Source: Lama glama
Lineage: Eukaryota
Assembly (NCBI GenBank): GCA_028534125.1
Contig: CM052816.1
Coordinates: forward strand, 2,170,001 to 2,232,000
Direction of reading: 5' to 3'
DNA: 62,000 nt
This document shows, one piece after another, positions 25,021-38,120 of the stretch; position 1 is the first letter of the stretch; each line of letters begins with the position of its first letter. The translations under genes were made by a program, and so were the position numbers. Under the pieces are notes generated by a model that worked only from the letters and a program-made list of their open reading frames with translations, did no database searches and was not told the origin of the DNA.

Positions 25021-27064
25021 GGCCAGAGCACATCTTTTGGCACTCGGCACTGGCGTCTTCCACCTCCGCTCCTTCTGCTCTTCCTTTCCCCACCTCCCCC
25101 CATCACTGCTCACGGCCAAAACCACGGCTGAGCTTTCGAAGAAACTTTTTTTGATAAACCTGGGCATCCCAACCTCCCCCCCCCACTTTTTCTTTTTCTT
25201 AAATGTAGGCACAGCTGGTAAGGGTTGATTGAAATGTTTTGCCATAGAAGCTGTGTTCATTAATTTCTTCAAGATGCTGAAGTAGGCATTAAGGTTGCCG
25301 GCTGGAGTCCTTCCCTGTGACATGTGGAACAGCAAGGGGCCTAATAGTCAGCCTTGTAACATCAACTGGTTACCCCCCTCGTGCGGCGTGAACCTTTCCC
25401 CTCCAGTGAAAAATGAACCTGTCTGAGACAAAAGCACAAACCACGCATGCAATGAGACAGTGCCATTATTCACACCCATATAGGCTGTTTTCAGAGATCA
25501 TTAAAAATCATATCTCCATGATATTAATAAGCACCTTCCCTGATCCAGGTCTCGGGTAACAGGAAGGTATATTTAGAGCCGCCCCCACCACCTACCTAAT
25601 CTGAGATCATGAATGCGGGAGGAAAAAAAAAATTCATGTAAGATAAAGGCTAACAAGCTGGTATGCTAGAAGCCACTTGGCTTTTTAAACAGCCGGTGTG
25701 TCCCAGCGTTCCTTGCTCCAGAGCTAGTCGGGGAAGAGAGAGTGTGGCCCCCAGCCACACCAAGTTGCTAGTGAGTGTTGCCTCCGTTCCTCAGGAATTA
25801 CTGATATCTGGTCTAAATGATTGGAATGAAGCATCTGCCAGCTCATTCATCTCCAAAAACTCCCACTGAATAACTGGTGACTCGTTTAGCCTGGTTTCAA
25901 GTAGACTTGCTTTTCATTTTCTGCAGTTAAACTAAAAGCTTTATTGTTTCACATACAGATATTTTATTTGCTGAGCATATTTATTTCAGTCTGTTTGTAT
26001 AGCATGAGTGCTTTCGCGGCCATATGTTATTGATTGAAAAGCCTCCACGAACTTGGATTCTGAATAGGCACTGTGTCCTTGGGAGGTGTCCGAGAGGCAG
26101 AGGCAGAGGGCCTGCCCGCTGCCGTGCCAAGCCCGTCCTGAGCTCCCTTTCTGCTGCTCTCCCTCCTCCCAGGCAATATGTAAATCAGAACTGGGGTCTG
26201 ATTCATTCTTCAGTTGTTTACATAGCCTCTCCCCAAATCTCGTGGGAGCACGCACAGAACCCTCTTTCCCCTTCTTGGGGTATAGGCACTCCTGCTAGAA
26301 TTACAAGGAACAACGCCAAGAGACCAGACTACCAAAGGCCATTTGAGAAAGCACTGATGGAAAATTCTCAGAAATCATTCAAGCCCACTGGCGTGTGTTG
26401 AGTCGGGGGAAATTTCCCCTCTGTGTAACATCTTTTCCTCCACTTAGTTTGGCTTTAGAACCATGAAAGCCCTGGTCTTAATCCTATTTCTGATGAGAGT
26501 TAATTTTCAGTGCAAGTTTTAAAAAATTTAATTGCCACTGATTACTGACATGCAATAGTAAAATAATATAAAAGAATGCCGCAAATGATTAAAGTAAAAC
26601 TTAACAACGTATGCATTAAAAAAAAATCCCATAACTCTACTTTTGTTAGGGGGGGGAATATTAAGTTGCATAATGTGACCCAGTGGTATGGGATAATTGC
26701 TTAAGAAGCTGTATTATACAGACATTTTGTATATTATATCCTCATGTGCGGTATTTCTGGTGATTAGTTCCTTAGCAGAGGGAGGCTCCCTTGAACGGAT
26801 GTTGATTATATCAGAATGTGGACCAAAAGCGATGCCAGGAATGGAGAGTGGGCACAAGTGTGCCAGCCATCCTCTGGAAACAGCGGAGAAAATGTCTCAG
26901 GAATTGCTCTGCAGTCAGCGCCCATACTGTCTGCAGGAATAACTCCTAGGTCACCTACAGAGTGCTACATATAATTTGATGGGGGCTGATATAGGGAAGG
27001 ATAGGAGTATAAGTGGTATATAAAACATGATACAGAGCTAATGAGGCAGGATTAAGCATCATAG

Positions 27065-27178
27065 GGGAGGAACTAACCTCTCTGAGTTTCATTTTATTTA
27101 TTTGTTTTTTTGTATCTGTAAAATGGAGCTGAAGCCGTACAATTTGCTCTACCTTTTTCGTAGGGCTGTGGTGAAAAT
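27065..27178 (+). mobile_element. MIR core fragment
   Basis: taacctctctgag...atctgtaaaatgg...tagggctgtggtgaaaatt. Confidence 0.75.
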
Positions 27179-27194
27179 TCCCCAAGATCTGTCC

Positions 27195-27370
27195 GTTTCT
27201 CACACTCTCCTGTTCATCAGTATCCCTTGAGGGTCGTCAAAAATACACATCTCCAGGCCCTTCTACCAAGAGATTCCAATTCCGTAGGTCTGGGACGGGG
27301 CTGGAGAATCTGTATACTGAAATATTTTCTCGTGGCTTTTATGATCCAGCCAATTTGGAAGGCATATACT
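27195..27370. mobile_element. MER5-family hAT DNA transposon
   Basis: tttctcacact, aaaatacac, caggccc, agagattccaattccgtaggtctgggacggggctggagaatctgtat. Confidence 0.85.
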
Positions 27371-30300
27371 GTATGTAAGTGCTCTATAAAATAGAGTACT
27401 CTTAAGGAGACATGACTTGCAAAGTAATTAAAAACGAGTTCAAGCCTGTGCCTTTACATAGCATGAAATTTTAATGGGAAAAATTCTAGATTATAGGAAT
27501 TCCAAGCATTAACTACACTCTGGAATTTGAGTTCTGGCCAGGTAAGTCACTGGGATCAGCGGATGAAAACAGTGGTTTTCTGAAATTCGCGGTGTTGGTG
27601 CAGAAATGAGGTCTCTGTGTGTCCATGTAGGAGGACCCATGAGAAGGGTCACTCACCCGACCCCACCCCCTCAACTCCCAGTAAGACACACGATGCCCAG
27701 ACTCGTTGGATGGGCTCTCGGTCAACAGCAGGTGCTTTTGAACCAAGTGTCTAGGTCAGTCTGTGAATGTTCTCTACAGTCAAATAGACTCTGGAGGTGA
27801 AACTGTCATTACCCTCTAAAGAAATGCACTTGGAGACATGGGAGAGGGAGCAGCTTCATGTCTGTGGAAGCACGTGGAAATGGTGATAGGGTTCAGGTAC
27901 AGCTGTATTTGTTAACCATTATTAATGCAGAGCCGCTTTGCACCATGTCAGGGTAGAGTAAATTGGATGACAATGAGATGACAGCATCATCTGATCTAAT
28001 ATCAGTGTTACTTAATAGTTACATTTTAGCGGCCAGGTTGGGCACATGCAGTGGGTGCTGAGATCCTCACTCAGCTCCCAGTGGTCCCAGCTGAGGATTA
28101 AAGCTGGAGCAGCAGGCATACTGCCGCGCTGAGGCACGCCCAGCCCTGCGCAAGGTGGGATGGGCTGAGTGGGAAGATTTGCTCACCCTCTGTGCCATCA
28201 CTGCTGAAAATGCCCTGATTCTTTAGCTTGCATGAGTTATGGATTGTGGATTGGTTTTAGGAGGGAGACGGGAAAAAAGATGGCTTCTTTTCCTCTTTCC
28301 TTTTCTACCCTGAGGATTATGGCAATTTTAGTAAAATTCCTATATGCATCAAGCACTTTTGGTTAATCATCTTGTTGTAACTAGTGGACTGCCAGGCTGG
28401 TGAGAGAAAGAATTAAATGGTGGTGTCTCTGACCTCTGGGAGCTGACAGCTTTCGTTAGTCATACTGAGTTAGGCATGAAGCACACAAAGATAAATTAGC
28501 AGGACTGAACATGAAAAGAGTAAATTAAAGAAGATCTAGGCATTTTGTATAAAATGGATGTTACGTTTAGTTTTAGTATTCAGTGCTTTAATGAAAGGGA
28601 GGAGATTTGTAGAGGTTCCCCCTTCAGATGGGTGACTCATCGAGGAAAGTTTTCTGGGACTTGCTGCAATTTCAGGATATGCTTTTGATGACTGAAGGTA
28701 AAAGGGAGACTAGAACATTTAGGAGAAGGAAATTCTCTCTGCTGGGCTGTGAGCACCTGCTCCAGCTTCCCCAGAAGCAGGAGTTAATTGGAAATTGAAT
28801 TTTGTAGATTCCGTAAGGACAGCAGTGTTTCCTTCTGGGGCTACAACTTGGACTTTACAATCTCCTATTGAATCGTCGCAACAAGTTTCAGCCAACCTTT
28901 GTTTGGGGACACTGCAGTACTTTTCGGGATTCTGCATGAAAGTGTTGTGTGCATTTAGTGAAGAAGGGGCTCACAGTGGCCAGGTCTTTCCACAAACATA
29001 AATGCCATTTGTTCTGAGAAATATTTAAAGATTGGAAAGAAGATCACCATGTATTTCTGAGATTTGAAGGCATGCATCAATTAATTTTTCATTGAGCAAA
29101 GGAAATCACATCTAAATAAAATATATGGTTTAAAAAATCATCTTTGCTGCAGAGATTACAAATACTATTTCTTTAGTATAGGATCTAATCACATCAAGGA
29201 AATTGAAGTTCACAGTTCTCCGTGAAACATTTTCCAAGCAAAGAGGTGTGTTTAGGATTTAATGGTGCCCCACCTCTCTCAACATATCCCTATGTTCATT
29301 TAGTTTCATGAATTTCTAAGTACTATTAATGGAAATGAAATGTGTCTTTTCCTAAGAGAAATATTGAGAGATTATGCTTTTGTGAAAGATAGGATGATCG
29401 GTCGACGTGTGAAAGGCATTTTTATTAAAGTGTCACTACACTTTAATAAATGCCAGAAGAGTCCTTTTCATCTTTGGAAGGACCACTGCTTGGTGGGTGG
29501 CCTGTTTCTGCTTAGAATAGTGAATATTTATTTCCATTTTACAGATTAGCACACCGAGACCAAAGGAGGACAAATTGTTTCCGGCTAGTGAAAGCGAGTA
29601 ATAAAATGTCAGACTTAACTCACAGCTCAATTAGGGTAGAAATGCCTCTTCATTTCGGACATACGCAATTGGGAGATCAGAAAGAATACATCTGATTATA
29701 TTAAAAGCCCTCCAGTTGGTTCTTCTGGGTTCCGGCTCTGGTCTTTCCCCTGCTTCTCATCTGATCTGTAACTGCAAAAACCCTCAAAATGACTAGTGCC
29801 ACTCATCCTAAAGAACAGGGTACCAGAAGAAGGCTGAGTTCTTCCTGACCCTCCCAGTGATCAGAGTGTGCCCCGAAGCGTGAGTTTTGATTCCCCTTAA
29901 TTTAGTATGCATAACTTCAAATGGTCCTAAAGGTCATAAAATGATCTGATCCTCTTTTATATGCAACCAGGGTTTTTGGTGTTCTCGGAAGCTGGGGTAT
30001 TTTTTCACATGAGCCCTTGTTTGACATTTGTTTTTAAAAACACAAGAAAACAAACAAATTGAAAAAAAAAAAACACTACAACCCTACCCTGAGCATATTC
30101 TGAGGGTCCATCAGAAAAGAAATTCAAACATTGGTTGCAGTTGGTGACACGTCCATACATTTCCCATCTCATGTTTCCGCTGTTATTTTTTGCTGCTGCC
30201 TATGAGCTTCATTTTCCCATGCGCCATAATATTGTTTTTCCCTGCTGGCTTCCCAGCCCGGGGGTCACAGCTCGTGTTTCACAACACAAGACACCCAACC

Positions 30301-31740
30301 ATAAATCTCCTTTAAATAATACAGGCGGCAGGAGGGTCACTGGCGAGAGAGCCAGTCGGTCTGAACAAAGTGGCATTGATGCATGGCAAATGGAACAGCT
30401 TGACCACGGCCCCGCTGGACAGGTAGAGAGTGGAGCAGCCTTTAGTTAAGGGGAGGGAGCCATGCACTCTGCACGGCTCCAAAGAGCCAACCAGTTCTGG
30501 TTCTCAGTAGGAGTTGGCTGCCAATCGTGGAGGCTTCCTGAGAATAATCACCTCACCTCTTCCCGGCTCCGGCTGGAATACCTGATTAACATAATTTGCG
30601 TTTGGAGGTGCAAACACATCTCTTCAGGTATAAATCTGCATTTCTTGAGACCTCTTAGCCATATTTAAAACGAAGTTGGGAACTGCCAGGGTGGAAGGAA
30701 CAACACACACCTGATCAGAATACACGATGTGCTTGTGGCGAGACTGTCTCCCTGTTGCAGGGCTGAGCAAGGTTAATTTAAGGGGACCGGAAAGAGCTTG
30801 GTGAAACTCGAACCTCATAGCTGGGGCAGAGGTAACGGAAGCCTCTACTCTGAGAGGCGGTCCATAGACGGGGAAGGAAAGAGATGAGGGTTTAGCCAAG
30901 GATTTGTTTTTATAGACAAAAATGTAGTAATATATTGACCCCCTTGGACCAAGGTATCATGTTAGGATGATACACGTGACTCTACCTTTTGTGAGTAGAG
31001 ACAATATATGTGCAAGCCTGCATAGATGCACATAGAGAACATGGACCATGTGTACAAAGATAGCGTGTTTGTGCATAAAGGTATATAGTGCCCGTGTACG
31101 CGTGTGTCACCTCCCCGGTTGTTTGGGAAATTGGTGAGCCTACAAGGTAATGTGTGTTGTGAGTAAGGATGGGGCCAGAAAGAGGAGCCACAAAGCTCCC
31201 CCCAAGATGTGATTTCTCAGGATTTACGTATTGTGCGTCTGTTACCAAGCTCCATCTCGGTAATTTTCACCTGCCAGAACTTGATGGTGGCGTGTTGGGG
31301 GGGGTGTGGGGAAGAAGAGCATCTCATTTTGTTCATGTTTTCTCGGTTAGTTACATTTTTTAAAGAAAAGTCAGTATGGCTTCTAATTCCTCGATTGCTT
31401 AACTCATGATAGTGATGTGGGGGCGGGGTTTCCACTGATGTGATTTCTAGAGTCTACTGCCTACCTGACAGATGCCCTGAGACAAAAAGACCGCGCATCC
31501 ACTCGTGGGGTGGTCATCCTGGTTTTGGTTGGTTACACCTCTGAGCATTTGCTATTTTTTATATTGTCGACATCAGTTGCCACTGTGATGTCAGAATTGC
31601 TCAGAAAAATACATTTTGGTTGTTGGTAGCGGTAGAAGAGGAGACCCGATTCTGTTCTTACTCATTTAAAATAACAAATGGTACTGATTACTCAACAGTT
31701 CATCTGATGGAACCAGGAGGCCTATGAGAATGGGAAGTTT

Positions 31741-31768
31741 TTGGTAACTAACTCTTGGTAACTAACTC
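31741..31768. repeat. Perfect 14-bp tandem duplication (TTGGTAACTAACTC x2)
   Basis: Read directly. Confidence 0.95.
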
Positions 31769-32032
31769 AGAAAATTTTGCTTTTCAGTTTATGCAGTTTC
31801 ACACAGGACATCTCAGAGATGAGTAAATATGTTGCAAAATGACTCTAAATGTCAACTAATCATTTAATAATATTCTAAAAGACATAAGCACTTTCTAATA
31901 TTTGCATGCTGTGTGCATCATTTCAGCCTCATCTTTTAAACTTCAATAATAAATGTATATTTGCCACTCTTTAAAAAAGTTACTTTTTTTTTTCTTTCGG
32001 TTTCTGACTTTGTTTCTTTGGAAGGCCTCTTA

Positions 32033-32192
32033 TGGTTCTTTTTTTAATTTTTATTTTTTAATGTTTCTTTTTTTTTTCTTCAGGGGAAGGCAATCAGGCT
32101 TATTTATTTTTTAGAAGAAGTACTGGGGATTGAACCCAGGACCTCATGCATGCTAAGCATGAGCTTTACCGTGAGCTATCCCCTGCCCCCCA
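32033..32192 (-). mobile_element. Camelid tRNA-derived SINE (vic-1-like)
   Basis: Minus strand reads ggggatagctcacggtaaagctcatgcttagcatgcatgaggtcctgggttcaatccccagtac (A/B boxes) then an A-rich tail; TSD ggaaggcctctta 32020-32032 vs ggaaggcttttta 32193-32205 (11/13). Confidence 0.92.
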
Positions 32193-32382
32193 GGAAGGCT
32201 TTTTAGACCTAAGAGACGCATATTACCAGCATCCTGCATGTCTGTGTCGTTGCTCTGCTCCATATATCCCTCCTGGTCTGTTCATCCGTCAGGATCCCCA
32301 TTAGACTGACTGCTGGCTGAAAGCAGGGCTGATGTCTCTCTGGGTCACTACTATACCTCTGATTTCTAGCCACAGTCACTTT

Positions 32383-32475
32383 TAGGGTGACCAAGTGCCC
32401 TGATTGTCCAGGGCTTTCTTGGTTTTAGTACCAAGAGTTCCAACCCCAGGGAGCCCTCGAGTCGCAGGCCATCTT
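32383..32475. mobile_element. hAT-Blackjack MITE (MER81-like), one end missing
   Basis: tagggtgaccaa terminus, ggttttagtac, ccagggagccctc. Confidence 0.7.
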
Positions 32476-32599
32476 AGCCCATAGGCGCTCATCCCTATTG
32501 AATAAATGAGATAGCCGCAGGAATGAATCATCCTACAGAGGTTACAGTTACGTGAGAGGAAATTGCACACAGCTTCTGCTTATAACTGGCTAGCATCGT

Positions 32600-32745
32600 A
32601 TATCTACCCGTCATTTCCCCTACCAATGATAAGGGATGGGAGGCCAGGACTGTGTCTCATCTATTTCTTTGAATTTCCCATGGTGCCCTAGAAACCCTTT
32701 CAAGTTATAACTCAGTCAAGTGCTAAACAAAATATGATCAAATGG
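32600..32745 (+). mobile_element. L2 3' end fragment
   Basis: gaggccaggactgtgtctcat...gtgctaaacaaaatatg. Confidence 0.55.
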
Positions 32746-32754
32746 TAAATTGTT

Positions 32755-32950
32755 CTGTAGCGTCAACTCAGACTCTGTTCCTTCCTGGCTCTACCATTTT
32801 GGGCAGGCTACTTGCTGTCTCGTCTTTCTCCATTGTCCTCACCTGTAAAATGGGGATGGATGAGAATAGCACCTTCGTCACAGAACTGGTGCCAGGAATC
32901 GCTGAGACAAAGGACGGAGCACAGTCTGCCCTACAGCAGGTGTGGTGTTT
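32755..32950 (+). mobile_element. MIR SINE
   Basis: cctggctctaccat, ttgggcagg, tcctcacctgtaaaatggggat. Confidence 0.8.
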
Positions 32951-33649
32951 GCAAACTTTCTCCTCCTCCCCTGCACCCCACCCTTCCTTCTCCAACCCAT
33001 GACAAATACTGAGTGCATTCAGTAGGTGACAGAGCCTTCTTGGTGGCACGTCTTGTTAAACTGAACTTAGAGTTGTTCCTGTGTAGAAGGGTTTGCCTGG
33101 GAAAAGAATACTTTTCTGTGCATGTGATTGGTTTCTGAAATGTCACATCTATTTCACCCAGAGTCTAGGTGACTTCTTTCCATGCAGCTGGGGTTGGAAA
33201 GACAGGCAGCCAAGCATGCGAGCTGTTACAAGTGGGACAGTGAGACTGTCGCTTACAATGTTCTGGGGCAGGAGGAACAATGAAATAACACCCCGACTTG
33301 CCAAGAGGGAAGCTTTGGGTGGAGCCATATTAATTCCACTTAACCCCTGTCTCCTCACTGTGCCTCCCCACGGTGGCAGAGCTGGGACCAGGGTATGTTA
33401 GTTGCAAGGTTTCTATGCAGCTCACCTTGACGAGACTAAAAGTCCACTGGAGTGAAATGAAAAAGTAAAATAAATCAGGAGTGATTTATAAGTAGCTCCT
33501 GTTCAGGGAGGCTTTTTTTTTTTTTATGGAAATCATCTCATGAAAGTGATGGCTTTCTTTTGCCCCCCTCTGCTGTGTACACATATCCTTCCTGCTACCC
33601 GCTAAACGGGGAAAGGGCAAAGGTTTCCCTACACGTTGCTTGTTTTGTT

Positions 33650-34230
33650 AATTTTTCCGGTGGCACGCAGTAGAACGGGGAGGAAGTGACACTGGAACGC
33701 CTTTAGAACTTGAGTCATTAAATCCCCTTTGCCCCAGCGCTGGCGACACGACACATATTTCAATAATGAGCAAGAAAAATTGGTTTATGATAGTTTAATA
33801 AAGGCAGAAGACAAACGTTGCCCCCGCGCAAAGGAACTGAATTACGCACTTCATGAACCAAATTAGTACCACAACGTTTGGCTTTGTTCAAAAGGTGATA
33901 CGCATTTACGGGCCCATTTTTCAGCAAGATAAATATGACACGCGCCAAGACTTCCCTGAAGTAAATATTGGGAATAATAAAAAACTCTGCCAGGGAAGGC
34001 TGAGCAATGACTTCACCCTCCCCCAGCTGCACCACGGTGCCCAAGTGCCACTGTCCGAACTCTCCAGCAAACTGCTCGTTTAATCGACTCATCTCATGAT
34101 TAAGAGAGTGCAAGGCCCTTTAATTTCCCAATAATAGTCAATATTCCTCAATTCTGGCTTAAATAAAATATTCACATAGAAGCTAGGGCGTTTTATGGCA
34201 TAAGCAAATTTGATTACCAAGTAACAAAAT
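33650..34230. promoter_or_regulatory. Candidate CNE with retained CpGs
   Basis: Non-repeat; many CpGs in AT-rich context; HOX-type TTTATGA, TTTACG, TTTATGG; CTTTGTT; TGAGTCA. Confidence 0.55.
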
Positions 34231-34654
34231 ACATTTTAAGGGCAGTTTGGAGTCACACGGCAGAAATGCTTATGTGAATAGGTGCCAATTGGGAGATTTT
34301 TTTTACAGAAAGTCCAAGCTATCACTCTAGGCCGAACTCTGTGATCCTCGTTTAGTTACAGCTTCTTCTGATTTGATTCCAGTTCAAGTTTTCTGCTTGC
34401 AAAATGGGCTGAATGTCTTTTTTCCCCTGCATGCAGATTTGCTTGGGAGAAGCTGGGGTGATAAAGAGGATACATTGAAATGTGATGGTTAATATGATAA
34501 CTCACTGTGCAGGTTGCCCATCTGTCTGTAGGCCACATTACAGCAGCTCCTGTAGCAGGGCCCTCTGTTGTCTCAGTGCTGGAGAACAGGCAAATTTAAT
34601 TGCTGTCTAAGCCAGGCAGTAATATAAATGAGTTGAGTAGTGAGGTTTGAAAAG

Positions 34655-34955
34655 GGCATTAGGGAGTGGTGGGGACTGGGGTAAATTGGTGATCCTATGC
34701 CCTGTCTAAAGTTGCAGTTTCTGCTGAGCCCCAGCTAACTATTGCCACACAGGAATGTGGACCTAGTATTGCTGGAACATCTCATTTTCCAAGAAATTTG
34801 GGAAATCTTGATTTTTCTGTGAAATCTCCTAATTTTTAAATGCTAGCCAATTAAAAAAAAAAAAACAAAACAACCGAAACCAAAAGCCAAAAACAGAAAA
34901 GCCCTGTATCCCCTATAAAACGAAGGCCATGGACTCAGAGTTTGTGACTTCTACT
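34655..34955 (-). mobile_element. MER102-like hAT-Charlie DNA transposon
   Basis: tagggagtggtggggactg, tgccctgtctaaag, attgccacacaggaatgtgg, tgtgaaatctcctaatttttaaatg, agtttgtgacttct. Confidence 0.85.
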
Positions 34956-35064
34956 TTGCAGTTTAGGGCCAGAAACAGAACAAAGCAAATACACCATGAT
35001 GGACAGCGTTTAGAACTGTGGCAGGGTTGAAGGTGCCAGCGCTGTCCTAAGCTGTGTGTGGTGT

Positions 35065-35200
35065 GGCTCCAGGGTTCCTCCCATCACACTATGAGCCAAT
35101 ACTACATTGTTTCCTGTTTTACAATTATGGAACCTGGAGCCCCAAAAGGCGGAGGTGGCATTTGAACTCAGATCAGCTCTGTGCACTCCTGAACACCACG
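35065..35200 (-). mobile_element. MIR fragment
   Basis: cctgttttacaattatggaacctggag...ggcatttgaactcagatc. Confidence 0.6.
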
Positions 35201-36759
35201 CCACAACCCCCTCCCCTTGATTTGGTGGGTGTGGCCCAATGGGATGTGGTCCCACGGGATGGGAGTCAGGGCCTGGGGCTTTGGTGTTGCAGTGGCCCCC
35301 TTCCTGTGAGAGTGGGTCCTGGATCTGATGCTCTGAGCTTGCACCTTACAAGGTAGAGGTAATATCACCTGCCCGATTTGCCCCGCAGGGTGTAGGGAAG
35401 GATTACACCAGGAGTCAGTGCAGAAGAGCACGGACAATTATGACGTGTTCTGTCAACCCGCGTGGTGGGGAGAGTAGTGCTCAGAATTAATCAGAGGATA
35501 CGGAGAGGTGAGGTGGTGAAGCCGCTGATGGTCTTTGGATCAAATACAATTAAAAAACAATCCCTTCTTGACTCTTCAACTCAATGAAGTGTCTATTTGT
35601 AGAAGTGGCTTAAAACTGAACTCACTTTGAAAATTAATCAGCCACTGCTAATGGCTGGAAAGTGAGCAGACTGCATTTATTTTCGGTGAAAAAGAGCATG
35701 ACAGAAAGAGATCCACCACCCGAACAGGAGTTAATAGCCCAAATCCTGCCCGTTGTCTGCCAGGCTCGTGACAGGGAGGACAGAGCATGAAGGCCCCCCA
35801 CTGACGGGGCCATCCACATCCCCCAATCAAGGGACTCCCCTTCGGAGAAGCGGGGGAGAGAGGCCATGGCTGGCCTGACTTGGAACTGTTAATTGATGCC
35901 GGCTGGTGGGGAAAACTCACCGTGACCCAGACACGGCGAGCCTGTACAGAGGGAAAGAGACATACAGGCAGGCAAGGCGGAGGGAAGACACCCTAAGACT
36001 GATGCGGAAAGCTGTTTACGCATGTGGGCAGTGAGCAGTCTTCCTATTTATAAACGAACGAGCTGGGCTGGGGAAGGGGAGCTTGCCGGTTATGATCACA
36101 GCCCCACAGGACAGGCTTCCCCACCTCAGGGGCGCTCTCCTCGCTCGCAGCCCAGGCTGGGAGGGTTTTCCTCTTCGTATGGGGCCTCAACCTAATGGTG
36201 GTGCTAATTTGTCCTCTGAACTTTTGTAAACTGAAGACCCCAGCTCTTTGACCTTGCAAGGTCTACTTTGTTTCAGGAAGATTTCCTCTGTGTTCTGGGT
36301 GTCCACGCATCCCTCTCCTCCGTCCCTGTTCACTCCAGCCTGGCAGATCTCTCACGACCCCTTGTGCAGAATCTTTTGCATCTGTGGGATTAGGGTCAGA
36401 CGACCCCCCACCTCCCCCATTTGGAACCCTTGCCTGTTCCTCTCTGCAAACAGCTGTGCGTCTTGGGGACCAGGCTAAAATCTACTCTGCTCCTACAAGG
36501 AGCCTCTGTTGTGGCCTCACCCTGCTCTGAGCACTCCATTACTCAGATCAGCTTGGGATTTGGGCACAGTCTCGTCAATGCCCCTGCTCTGTAATTGATC
36601 TGTAATTGCTTTAGAGGTGGAGTTTTGGTTGCACTGTGTGGTTGTCTCTAATTGGTGAGAAGCCTTCAGGTTAGCATCGTAAGAGTTTTCTCTCCTTTCT
36701 CATAGCAATAAAAAAAATTACACAGGTAAGCACTCCTTACTGTTAGTCCATGGAGGGTG

Positions 36760-36996
36760 GTATATTGTAGGGGTAAGAACCTGGGTTTTAGAATCAGAAT
36801 ACTTGGTTTTGAGTTTCCTCATTGCTACTGAAAGTTAGTGTGACCCTGGGGAAGTTACCACTCTCCTTAAACCTCTGGTTTCATAGTTCTAACAAGGGGA
36901 TTAAAAATAACCTGCATTGTATACCTAGCACATATCTTGGTTAAGTACCCAACACATACGTTGGTAAGCTTTTAATAAATGTTAGCTATTATTATA
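36760..36996 (+). mobile_element. MIR SINE
   Basis: ttttagaatcaga, gtgtgaccctggggaagttac, aataaatgttagctattatt. Confidence 0.88.
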
Positions 36997-37024
36997 ATGG
37001 TAAATTTTTGTGATCTGACTGAGT

Positions 37025-37320
37025 TTATCACCTAAGACTTTTCCTGGCTTCTAATTGGCAGATGTGCTCAGTTAAGTGCCAGCCGGATGTTGAATGAATG
37101 AATAGATGAACAAATGATTGAATGGATGAATTTACTTGAGCCACAAGACACAGATATATTTATCCATTTCTTGTTGACTACCTACTGAGCAGCAGCTGGG
37201 AGTATGGCCATGAATAAGACAAACAATACCTCTGCTCTCATGGGCTTAAATCCTAGTGGAGGCAGACAGATAATTAGGAAGTTGAATAAATAATCAAGAT
37301 CATTTTTCAGGTGGTAAGTT
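37025..37320. mobile_element. Two tail-to-tail L2 3' fragments
   Basis: tgttgaatgaatgaat tail on +, then ttgactacctact...tgaataagaca...cctctgctctcatgggctta...ctagtgg on -. Confidence 0.75.
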
Positions 37321-37730
37321 TTAGTGGTCCTAGGTGAATATGGGGGATATTAGAAAGAACTGGTTGACTGTAGCCAACCCAGTGGAGACCAGAGAGTGGA
37401 ATCACAAGTGGGTCCAGTGAGAGTTATGAGAGAAAGGCTTATTCTGTGTTGCTCCCAATTACAAGAATCCAAATAGGGGAAGTTAACAGAGAAGTTGCAT
37501 TCAACTCTGATTAGTTAGGACCCTGCTGGTTCAGGGGTCCAGGAGTAGCACAGGCTGCCTAGAGGGCAGCAGGGGTGTCACTAGAAGAGGAGGACAAGCG
37601 GACTCTAAGGGACATTCTGGCACCACTTGTAAAGTTGCTTTGGAAAATCTCTAAGGTTCTTTCCAGTGTAAACGTTCTAGGAGTCTTCCTTATCCAGTTG
37701 GCAGATGAGGATGTCTCTTAACTTCTTTTT

Positions 37731-37863
37731 TTTAAATTATTATTTGGGGGGGGGGTAATTAGGTTTGTTTTTTTGTTTATTTTAGTGGCGGTACTGGGGA
37801 TGGAACCCGGGACCTCATGCATGCTAAGCATCTGCTCTGCCGCTGAGCTTTACCCTCCCTGCA
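37731..37863 (-). mobile_element. Camelid tRNA-derived SINE (vic-1-like)
   Basis: Minus strand reads gggagggtaaagctcagcggcagagcagatgcttagcatgcatgaggtcccgggttccatccccagtacc...aaacctaattacccc; perfect 14-bp TSD cttaacttcttttt at 37717-37730 and 37864-37877. Confidence 0.95.
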
Positions 37864-37904
37864 CTTAACTTCTTTTTGATAAATCACACGTGGCGTCTGG
37901 GGAG

Positions 37905-38120
37905 GTGTTGTGGGAGAAGGAACACAGAAGAACACAGATAGACCATAGTTCAAATCCAAGTTCTAATACTATTTGCAGGACCTTACTTAATGTCTCTCAG
38001 CTTTACTTTCCTCCTCTGTAGAATGGGTAGATTCATAGGAATGATGTCAGGATTAAGTTAACTAAGGCATGTAAAGCACCTAGCATAGTAGCTGGTGTCT
38101 TATAAAGGGCAGTTGCTGTT
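37905..38120 (+). mobile_element. MIR SINE
   Basis: gttcaaatcc, ttacttaatgtctct, tttcctcctctgtagaatggg, aggattaa, gcatgtaaagcacctagcatag. Confidence 0.88.

Noticed and set aside
34988..35010. REST/RE1 site
   Set aside because: Only the GGACAGCG half matches; the left half and spacing are poor.
37790..37863. tRNA gene
   Set aside because: A/B boxes are present, but the A-rich tail, TSD and a second family copy show it is a SINE.
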